In this document: positions 1 to 7,281 of the stretch, in pieces
Layout: the number at the start of each line of letters is the position of its first letter
How positions within the stretch are numbered: the first letter of the stretch is position 1
DNA from: Patescibacteria group bacterium
GTDB lineage: Bacteria; Patescibacteriota; Minisyncoccia; Minisyncoccales; CG1-02-41-26
Assembly: GCA_020148085.1 (NCBI GenBank)
Contig: JAHCRD010000001.1
Span: forward strand, 1 to 31,926
Reading direction: 5' to 3'
Length of the DNA stretch: 31,926 nucleotides
The notes under the pieces: generated by a model
Told to the model about the DNA's origin: nothing
Database searches by the model: none
Seen by the model: the letters and a program-made list of their open reading frames with translations, nothing else
Translations under genes and position numbers: made by a program

Positions 1-2
1 CA

Positions 3-737
3 ATTCCTACCAAACCCCAGCTTCTCCTTGCTTTACTAACCGGAGTTATTTATATCTTTGCCCTTTTTTGGTTTTTTATGGGTCTGGAACATTTTGAGCC
101 ATCAAGAATTGTGCCAGCCATCGGTGGCATACTGCCTCTGTTCACCTTCACCTTGGTCTATTTTTTCTCAAGAGGAGAGGCGGTTTTGGGAGTTAAAGAA
201 CTTTTTGCTTTCGCTATCCTAATTTTGGGTAGCTTTTTAATTACCTTTGAGAGGAAAAAGATTTCTTTCCAAAGTTTAAAGATTTCCATACTTGCTGCTT
301 TTTTGTTCGCTTTGGTTTTTGTCTTAAGTAAATATGTTTATTTGGCCCAATCTTTTTGGTCGGGCTTTATTTGGATGAGAATAGGAGGGTTTTTAGCCGC
401 CCTTTGTTTTCTTTTAACAAAAACGGTAAGAGAAGAGATTTTCTTGAAAAAGTTCACTTTCCAAAAAAAGACCGGTACTCTTTTTCTTTTCAATCAAGGT
501 ATGGGAGCTGGCGGTTTTATTTTACAAAACTTTGCTATCGCTTTGGCCGGCTTGGCTTTTTTGCCCTTCATTAACGCCCTGCAGGGTATCCAGTATGTCT
601 TTTTGTTTTTAATCATAGTCCTCTTGGCCAGAAAATTCCCAAGAATTGTTGAAGAAAAATTAACCAAGAGAAATATCTTACAGAAAGTTATCAGTATTGC
701 CTTAATTGGCTTGGGCCTGATTATTTTGTATTTCTAA
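3..737 (+). CDS. DMT/EamA-family membrane transporter, 5'-truncated by the window edge
   Basis: The frame of ORF 78..737 stays open back to base 3 (IPTKPQLLLALLTGVIYIFALFWFFM...), so ATG 78 is probably internal. Multiple hydrophobic helices; the 'EPSRIVP..G..PLFT..L..F..GE' pattern is typical of an EamA repeat. Confidence 0.7.
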   Translation: MPTKPQLLLALLTGVIYIFALFWFFMGLEHFEPSRIVPAIGGILPLFTFTLVYFFSRGEAVLGVKELFAFAILILGSFLITFERKKISFQSLKISILAAFLFALVFVLSKYVYLAQSFWSGFIWMRIGGFLAALCFLLTKTVREEIFLKKFTFQKKTGTLFLFNQGMGAGGFILQNFAIALAGLAFLPFINALQGIQYVFLFLIIVLLARKFPRIVEEKLTKRNILQKVISIALIGLGLIILYF

Positions 738-738
738 T

Positions 739-1746
739 ATGAAATTACGGACTCTCAAAATTGTTATTTTGATTATCATTGCTATTTTTGTCCTCTATTT
801 AATTATTTGGACTTTTGATTTCAGCAAAGGGGAAGAACCGCGTTTGGGAATAACCTTCAGCCAATTTTATACTCAAGAACAATTGGGCTTGGATTGGCAA
901 AAAACTTATTTGGCAATTCTGGAAGATTTAAATCCGGAATATCTCCGTTTAATCGCCTATTGGCAATATCTTGAGCCAATCAGGGGTCAATTTAATTTTG
1001 AAGATTTAGATTGGCAAATTACCGAAGCAGAAAAAAGAAACAAGGAGATAATTTTAGTGGCTGGGCATCGTGTTCCTCGCTGGCCAGAATGCCATCATCC
1101 AGCTTGGGCTGAAAAATTAGCAACCGGAGAACTCCAGGAAGCAATTTTAGAATTTTTAAGCCAAACCATAAACCACTATAAGGACATTGAAAGTATTAAG
1201 GCTTGGCAAATAGAAAACGAACCTTTATTTTTTCTTTTTGGCAATTGTCCAAAGCCGGACAGAGAGTTTTTAAAAAAAGAAATTGCTCTGGTAAAATCTC
1301 TGGACCCTACGCGACCCATCATCATCACTGACAGCGGCGAATTAAGTTTGTGGTTAAAAACCTCGGGACTCTCTGAAATTTTAGGAACTACCCTATATCG
1401 AACTGTTTGGGGTAAACCCTTTGGCTATTTTAAACATCTCTATCCCCCAGTTTTTTATACCTTGAGAGGTTGGGTTGCAAAAAAATTTTTTGGTAATCAA
1501 AAAATTATCATTTCTGAACTCCAAGGAGAACCTTGGGGCCGAGAACACAAATCATTGGCTCAGGTACCTTTAGAAGAGCAACTAAAACATTTTAGCTTGA
1601 AAGATTTAAAAAAGAACCTTCAATTTGCTAAAAAAACCGGAGTAAGCGAGATTTATCTTTGGGGTGTTGAGTGGCATTATTGGCTAAAAGAAATTCATAA
1701 TGACCCCACATTTTGGAAGGAAGCAAAAGAGATTTTTAACAAATAA
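739..1746 (+). CDS. Membrane-anchored clan GH-A glycoside hydrolase (GH5/GH42-like TIM barrel)
   Basis: N-terminal TM helix; 'WQYLEP..GQFNFEDLDWQI'; putative acid/base Glu in 'WQIENEP' and nucleophile Glu in 'ISELQGEPW'. Confidence 0.75.
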   Translation: MKLRTLKIVILIIIAIFVLYLIIWTFDFSKGEEPRLGITFSQFYTQEQLGLDWQKTYLAILEDLNPEYLRLIAYWQYLEPIRGQFNFEDLDWQITEAEKRNKEIILVAGHRVPRWPECHHPAWAEKLATGELQEAILEFLSQTINHYKDIESIKAWQIENEPLFFLFGNCPKPDREFLKKEIALVKSLDPTRPIIITDSGELSLWLKTSGLSEILGTTLYRTVWGKPFGYFKHLYPPVFYTLRGWVAKKFFGNQKIIISELQGEPWGREHKSLAQVPLEEQLKHFSLKDLKKNLQFAKKTGVSEIYLWGVEWHYWLKEIHNDPTFWKEAKEIFNK

Positions 1747-1750
1747 AAAA

Positions 1751-1794
1751 GACCGAGGCAGTAATTTTTGAACATTGCTATCGCTGCCTCGGCC
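1751..1794 (-). terminator. Intrinsic terminator hairpin between convergent genes
   Basis: CCGAGGCAG (1753-1761) is the reverse complement of CTGCCTCGG (1784-1792). On the - strand the stem is followed by a U tract (forward A-run at 1745-1750). Confidence 0.7.
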
Positions 1795-1821
1795 ATATTG
1801 GTACCAACGAGTTTGCTCTGA

Positions 1822-2061
1822 TCAAAGACAATCATGAATGTCAGAAATGGTAAGCCCAATACATATTATAACCTCAATAATCCCTAGGGTAAAACCGGCT
1901 ATTCCGAATCCTACATACTCAGAGGTCACCCAGACTGCATTTCCACCAAAAACGATGGAAAGAATTGGGAAGATTAAAAATCCCAAGAAAGGAACTACCA
2001 GAAAAGGAGCCACACAACCAATAATCCCAAATAAACCTAAAACGAGACTTGCTATTCCCAT
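1822..2061 (-). CDS. Small DUF4190-like two-helix membrane protein
   Basis: 'GIASLVLG...ILSIVFG..A...G.GIAGFTLGII' pattern. AGGAGG SD (forward 2067-2072) lies 5 nt before the ATG, and there is a downstream terminator. Confidence 0.65.
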   Translation of the reverse strand: MGIASLVLGLFGIIGCVAPFLVVPFLGFLIFPILSIVFGGNAVWVTSEYVGFGIAGFTLGIIEVIICIGLTISDIHDCL

Positions 2062-2095
2062 CTTTTCCTCCTAATTTGATTCTTCAGAAATAAAT

Positions 2096-2282
2096 CTAGT
2101 CGAGTTTTTGTAAAACATACTTGCGATGAATGACCTTCTCTTGACCGTCCTCCAAAAGTTTAACCCTTACTAATCCTCTTGTAGATTGTAATCACTTCTG
2201 CTTCCTGGGGAGAGGCCATCGTCTTATCGTGAACTCGCACATGGTCACCTAACTTTAAAGGAATCAGTTTTAGTTTAGACAA
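2096..2282 (-). pseudogene. Frameshifted ~61-aa small beta-barrel (SH3/KOW/Tudor-like) gene, absent from the ORF track
   Basis: GGAGGTG SD (2291-2297) lies 8 nt before TTG 2282. Frame A reads MSKLKLIPLKLGDHVRVHDKTMASPQEAEVITIYKRISKG* (to 2160). The +1 frame reads ...TRGLVRVKLLEDGQEKVIHRKYVLQKLD* (to 2096). The span is 187 nt = 62 codons + 1. Confidence 0.5.
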
Positions 2283-2322
2283 TCTGTCATCACCTCCTTC
2301 CAAATTGTTTAAGAACAAAATT

Positions 2323-2349
2323 TTGACACTTACTGATAGATTTTATAAT
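2323..2349 (+). promoter_or_regulatory. Sigma70-type promoter for mfd-dprA-topA-rel
   Basis: TTGACA 2323-2328 and TATAAT 2344-2349 (15-nt spacer; the alternative TAATAT 2346-2351 gives 17 nt), 13 nt before the mfd ATG. Confidence 0.55.
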
Positions 2350-2362
2350 ATAAAATATTGGA

Positions 2363-4324
2363 ATGAGTTTGTCAAACAGGGAAGCTGTGAATAGAGCTTT
2401 AATTGTAAGTTATACGCCATATTTTTTAGAAAGGCGGAATTTTTGGTTTGAGGAAAATTTAGCCAAGATTTTGCGAGCCAGAAAAACCCAAACCTTTTGG
2501 CAGGATAACACGCTTTTTTTAGAAAAGGGGCAGAAAGTAAATCTATCGGAAATTTTGAGAAAATTGGATGAGCTGGGCTATGAAAAAGTTTTCAAGGTTC
2601 AAGAGCCGGGAGAATTTTCTCAAAGGGGAGGTATTGTTGATGTTTTTCCCGTAAATTCGAAATTTGCTGTAAGATTTGATTTTTTAGGAAACAAGATAGA
2701 GAACATTGAGAAATTAGATATTGAGATTGAAGATGAGAAACGACAAAAAGAATTTTTAAAAAGGAAATTAAAATCCCAGAAATTATTTTCTGATTTAAAG
2801 GGACTGAAAGCAGGAGATTATTTGGTTCATTTGGATCACGGGGTGGGAAAATTCATGGGTGTTGTGCCGATGGAGAAAGAATATTATCTTTTAGAATATG
2901 GCGGGAGCGATAAATTATATGTTCCCTTTGGGCTTGAAAGAAAACTCTCTCGCTATATAGGCTTCAGCACTCCTAAGATTTCAAGATTAGGAAGCACTCT
3001 TTGGCAAAGGACAAAAAGAAAAATTAAAGAGGAGGCGGAGAAGTTTGCCAGAGAACTTTTAAGTATTTTTGCCAAAAAAGAAATAGCTACTCGTCCCTCT
3101 TATAAAGAAAAGGAGATTTCTGAAAGTTTAGATGCCACTTTTGAATACTCTTTAACTCCGGACCAAATTGAAGCTTTGAGAGATATTGAAAAAGATATGG
3201 AAACCGAGAAGCCATTGGATAGAATTGTTTGTGGAGACGTTGGTTTTGGCAAAACTGAGGTTGCTCTGAGAACAGCAGCCAGAGTTGCTGAAAATGGAAG
3301 GCAAGTAGCTATGATTTGCCCGACCACAATTTTAGCCTCGCAGCACTTGAACGTTTTCCAAAAAAGATTAAAAAATCTTCCTTTCAAAGTTGAGATTCTT
3401 TCAAGATTGCAACCAAAAAATCTTCAAAGAAAAATCATCAAACAGTTGGGGGAAGGAAAAATTGATATTTTAATTGGTACTCACCGGATTCTCTCAAGGG
3501 ATGTAGGTTTCCAAAACTTAGGCCTTTTAATTGTTGATGATGAACAAAAATTTGGGGTCAGGCAAAAAGAAAAGCTGAGAAAATTAAAACCAGAAATTGA
3601 TGTTCTCTCCTTATCGGCAACCCCCATTCCAAGGACTTTGTATATGGCTTTGAGTTCTTTGAAAGATATCAGTTTGATTCGTACGCCCCCCGAGGGAAGA
3701 AAAGGAATCAAAACTCATATTGCATCCTTCAAAAAAGAAATCGTTAAAAAGGCAATTGAGTCGGAACTTAAAAGAGACGGCCAGATTTATTTTTTACATA
3801 ATCGGATTGAGACAATCGAGAATTTTAAAAAATTTTTAACTGGGTTAGAAACTGGAGTTAAAATTGGGATTTTACACGGCAGATTAAAAGAAAAGGAAAT
3901 GGTTAAAATAATGGATGACTTCCAAAAAGGGGAATTTGATTTGTTACTTGCAACAACAATTATTGAAAATGGCCTTGATCTGCCAAAAGTTAACACTTTA
4001 ATTGTTGATAATGCCACCAAGTTGGGCTTGGCCCAGGCCTATCAAATTCGAGGCAGAATAGGGCGTTCTTACATCCAAAGTTTCGCTTACTTTCTCTATC
4101 CCAAAGGAAAACTTACTTCCTTAGCCAAAAAGCGGCTCAAAGCCTTAAAAAGAGCAGAGGAGTTGGGTTCTGGTTATCGTATTGCTTTGGCTGATTTGGA
4201 AATCCGGGGAGCTGGCAATATCTTGGGTAAAGAACAATCAGGAAATATTAACAGAGTTGGCTTGAATTTATATTGTCAAATGATATCTCAAGCAATTGAG
4301 AAATTAAAATCGAATTACCTTTAA
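2363..4324 (+). CDS. mfd: Transcription-repair coupling factor Mfd, compact 653-aa form
   Basis: UvrB-homology segment 'GEFSQRGGIVDVFP'; CarD/RID 'GDYLVHLDHGVGKF'; Walker A 'GDVGFGKT'; motif II 'DDEQKFG'; 'SATPIPRT'; 'QIRGRIGR'; TRG 'DLEIRGAGNILGKEQSG'. Confidence 0.93.
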   Translation: MSLSNREAVNRALIVSYTPYFLERRNFWFEENLAKILRARKTQTFWQDNTLFLEKGQKVNLSEILRKLDELGYEKVFKVQEPGEFSQRGGIVDVFPVNSKFAVRFDFLGNKIENIEKLDIEIEDEKRQKEFLKRKLKSQKLFSDLKGLKAGDYLVHLDHGVGKFMGVVPMEKEYYLLEYGGSDKLYVPFGLERKLSRYIGFSTPKISRLGSTLWQRTKRKIKEEAEKFARELLSIFAKKEIATRPSYKEKEISESLDATFEYSLTPDQIEALRDIEKDMETEKPLDRIVCGDVGFGKTEVALRTAARVAENGRQVAMICPTTILASQHLNVFQKRLKNLPFKVEILSRLQPKNLQRKIIKQLGEGKIDILIGTHRILSRDVGFQNLGLLIVDDEQKFGVRQKEKLRKLKPEIDVLSLSATPIPRTLYMALSSLKDISLIRTPPEGRKGIKTHIASFKKEIVKKAIESELKRDGQIYFLHNRIETIENFKKFLTGLETGVKIGILHGRLKEKEMVKIMDDFQKGEFDLLLATTIIENGLDLPKVNTLIVDNATKLGLAQAYQIRGRIGRSYIQSFAYFLYPKGKLTSLAKKRLKALKRAEELGSGYRIALADLEIRGAGNILGKEQSGNINRVGLNLYCQMISQAIEKLKSNYL

Positions 4325-4354
4325 AAATCTATTTTTTCCCTTTACACTCATATA

Positions 4355-5212
4355 ATGGAAATAAAAACTATAGAAATCAGTGATGAGCTCTATCCGAAAC
4401 TTTTAAGAAAAATTTCTGATCCTCCAAAAGCTCTTTATTTTAGAGGAGAATTATTAAAAGATGAAACCTGTTTTGCCATAGTTGGAACTCGCAGGTGTTC
4501 CGATTATGGAAAAGAAATTGCTTTTTCTATTGCTCGTGATCTGGCTGAAGCTGGCTTAACAATTGTCAGTGGGATGGCAAGGGGAATCGATAGCATGGCC
4601 CACAAAGGAGCCATTGAAGTCCAAAAAAGAACTATTGCTGTTTTGGGAACAGGAGTTGATAAGAAAAGTATTTATCCTCAAGAGAACTTGATATTAGTAA
4701 AAAAAATTTTAGAGAATGAGGGTTGCTTAATTTCTGAATATCCTCCGGGAACCCCGGGAATGAAAGGATATTTCCCAGAAAGAAATCGGATAATCTCTGG
4801 AATAAGCTTAGGGGTTTTGGTAGTTGAAGCTAAATTTGGCTCAGGCGCTTTAATTACAGCTAATTGGGCAAGAAAACAAGGAAGAAAAGTTTTTGCTCTG
4901 CCAGGCTCAGTTCATTCTTCAAATTCAAAAGGACCTCATTTTTTAATTAAAAAAGGGGCGAGGCTGGTTGAAAATGCTAACGATATCTTGAAAGAATTAA
5001 ATTTAGCCAAAGTTGAAAGAAAAAAAATAAAGGGAGGAAGTTTGGAAGAAAATTTAATTTTAGAGGTTTTGGCTAATGGAAATTTGCATATAGACAAGAT
5101 TATTGAGAAAACAGAACTCTCTTCGCAAGTAGTTTCAGCCTCCTTGAGTTTAATGGAAATAGAGGGTAAGGTGAAAAACTTAGGTAGCAATGTATATGCG
5201 CTAGCGCGCTAA
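4355..5212 (+). CDS. dprA: DNA-processing protein DprA/Smf
   Basis: 'AIVGTRRCSDYG', 'IVSGMARGIDSMAH', 'FPERNRIISGIS', 'GSGALITA'; C-terminal winged helix. Confidence 0.95.
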   Translation: MEIKTIEISDELYPKLLRKISDPPKALYFRGELLKDETCFAIVGTRRCSDYGKEIAFSIARDLAEAGLTIVSGMARGIDSMAHKGAIEVQKRTIAVLGTGVDKKSIYPQENLILVKKILENEGCLISEYPPGTPGMKGYFPERNRIISGISLGVLVVEAKFGSGALITANWARKQGRKVFALPGSVHSSNSKGPHFLIKKGARLVENANDILKELNLAKVERKKIKGGSLEENLILEVLANGNLHIDKIIEKTELSSQVVSASLSLMEIEGKVKNLGSNVYALAR

Positions 5213-5217
5213 AAATC

Positions 5218-7281
5218 ATGAACCTCATAATAGTTGAGAGCCCTATGAAGGGACGGACAATCGAAAAATTCTTAGGACCAAACTATTTGGTTCGGTCTTC
5301 TTATGGCCATATTAGGGATTTGCCAGCCAAAGAATTAGGGGTTGATATTGAAAAAGATTTTAAGCCAAAATATGTTATTCCTTTTAAAGCAAGGAAAAGA
5401 GTATCTGAACTTAAAAAATATTTGCCCAGAGCTGAGATTGTAATTTTGGGTACCGACTCCGATAGAGAGGGAGAAAGTATTGCCTGGCATTTAACTAAAA
5501 TTTTAAATCTGAACGGAGAAAAACCTTATCAAAGGATTGTTTTTCATGAAATTACGAAGAGGGCCATTGAAGAGGCACTTGAAAATCCCAGAAAGATTGA
5601 CATGAATCTTGTTAATGCCCAGCAGGCAAGAAGAATTTTGGATAGATTGGTTGGTTATAAACTTTCTCCTTTTTTGTGGAAAAAAGTGACCAAGGGGTTG
5701 TCGGCAGGAAGGGTACAATCGGTAGCCGTCAGATTGATCGCGGAAAGAGAGAGAGAAATTGAGAATTTTGTGCCTCAAGAATATTGGGAAATTGCAGCAG
5801 AACTGCAATCACAGATTAACACAGATAAGAAACGGATTAACACAGATAATAAATCATTTTTGGCAAAGTTGGTTAAAAAAGATGGTAAAGCTATTCCAAA
5901 GCTTGGGATAAAAACAAAAGAAGAAGCTGATAAGATTGTCAAAGATTTAAAGGGGGCTGAGTATAAAGTAATAAATATTGAGAGAAAGGAGGTTAAGAGA
6001 AATCCTCTACCTCCATTTACCACCAGCACTTTGCAGCAAGAGGCCTATTCTCGCTTGCGATTTTCAGCAAAGAAAACAATGATGGTTGCCCAAAATCTTT
6101 ATGAGAGAGGATTCACGACCTACCACAGAACCGATTCTTTAAATCTTGCTGAGCAGGCATTGTTTGGGGCTAAAAAATTTATTGAAGAAAATTATGGAAA
6201 AGAATATTGGGCAGGCTTTTTAAGAAGATATAAAGCCAAAGGTAAAGTTCAAGAAGCTCACGAAGCCATAAGACCAACCTATCCAGATAAAACTCCAGAA
6301 GATTTAAAATTGAAAGCCAAATTAGATGATAACCAATCTCGACTTTATAAGCTTATTTGGCGGAGATTTATTGCTTGCCAGATGAGTCAAGCAATCTTTG
6401 ATTCGTCACAAGTTGATATTTCAGCAAAAAATTATACTTTCCGAGCAACCGGACAAATATTAAGATTTGATGGATTCTTAAAGATTTACCCTACTAAATA
6501 TGAGGAAACAGAACTTCCTCTTTTAGAAGAAGGTGAAATTCTAAAGCTTGTCAAACTCCTTTCTTCCCAACACTTTACTCAACCTCTTCCAAGATACAGT
6601 GAAGCTACTTTAATCAAAACTTTGGAAAAAGAAGGAATTGGCCGGCCTTCAACTTATGCTCCAATTTTAGATACCATTCAAAAAAGAAATTATGTCCAAA
6701 AGAACGAACAAAGAAAATTTCAACCAACCGAAATTGGAATTTTAGTCAATGACCTCTTAGTGGAACATTTCCCAAAAATAGTTGATATTAAATTTACTGC
6801 TCATATGGAGGAGGACTTAGATGAAATTGCCCAGGGAAAAGAAAATTGGATAAAAACCTTAGAAGGGTTTTATCAGCCCTTTGAGAAGAATTTAAAAGAG
6901 AAATATCAAAAACTTTCAAAAGAGGATTTGATAGAAAAAACAGAAAAAATTTGTCCAAAATGCTCCTCGCCTTTGGTAATAAGATGGGGACGTTACGGAA
7001 AATTTTATGCTTGCTCGAACTTCCCAAAATGCAAATATACAGAACCTCTTGCCAAGCCGAGCCTTAATATAAAATGCCCAAAATGTAAAAAGGGAGAAAT
7101 AGTTGAAAAAAGAAGTAAAAGGGGTAAATTGTTTTATGGCTGCAATCAATGGCCAGATTGTGATTTTGCTTTATGGGACAAACCCACCGGAGAAACCTGC
7201 AGCAAGTGTGGCTCTCTTTTAGTTGAAAAAAGTAAAAATCAAATAAAGTGCTCGAATAAAGATTGTGGTTTTAAAAAATGA
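5218..7281 (+). CDS. topA: DNA topoisomerase I (type IA) with C-terminal C4 zinc ribbons
   Basis: 'LIIVESP', 'DSDREGESIAWH', 'SAGRVQS', active-site 'TTYHRTDS', 'AHEAIRPT'; C-terminal CPKC...C..FPKC repeats. Confidence 0.97.
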   Translation: MNLIIVESPMKGRTIEKFLGPNYLVRSSYGHIRDLPAKELGVDIEKDFKPKYVIPFKARKRVSELKKYLPRAEIVILGTDSDREGESIAWHLTKILNLNGEKPYQRIVFHEITKRAIEEALENPRKIDMNLVNAQQARRILDRLVGYKLSPFLWKKVTKGLSAGRVQSVAVRLIAEREREIENFVPQEYWEIAAELQSQINTDKKRINTDNKSFLAKLVKKDGKAIPKLGIKTKEEADKIVKDLKGAEYKVINIERKEVKRNPLPPFTTSTLQQEAYSRLRFSAKKTMMVAQNLYERGFTTYHRTDSLNLAEQALFGAKKFIEENYGKEYWAGFLRRYKAKGKVQEAHEAIRPTYPDKTPEDLKLKAKLDDNQSRLYKLIWRRFIACQMSQAIFDSSQVDISAKNYTFRATGQILRFDGFLKIYPTKYEETELPLLEEGEILKLVKLLSSQHFTQPLPRYSEATLIKTLEKEGIGRPSTYAPILDTIQKRNYVQKNEQRKFQPTEIGILVNDLLVEHFPKIVDIKFTAHMEEDLDEIAQGKENWIKTLEGFYQPFEKNLKEKYQKLSKEDLIEKTEKICPKCSSPLVIRWGRYGKFYACSNFPKCKYTEPLAKPSLNIKCPKCKKGEIVEKRSKRGKLFYGCNQWPDCDFALWDKPTGETCSKCGSLLVEKSKNQIKCSNKDCGFKK
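5811..5849 (+). repeat. In-frame repeat insertion in topA (ACAGAT x4; QINTDKKRINTDN)
   Basis: ACAGATTAACACAGATAA (5811-5828) and ACGGATTAACACAGATAA (5832-5849). Confidence 0.85.

Noticed and set aside
2160-2191. Programmed ribosomal frameshift in the mini-gene
   Set aside because: No recognisable slippery heptamer, CUU-UGA/CCC-stop site or stimulatory stem. An indel or sequencing error is simpler.
2270-2290. ATG at 2290 (- strand) as the start of the mini-gene
   Set aside because: Zero spacing from the SD and gives only MTDCLN*. TTG 2282 has proper spacing.
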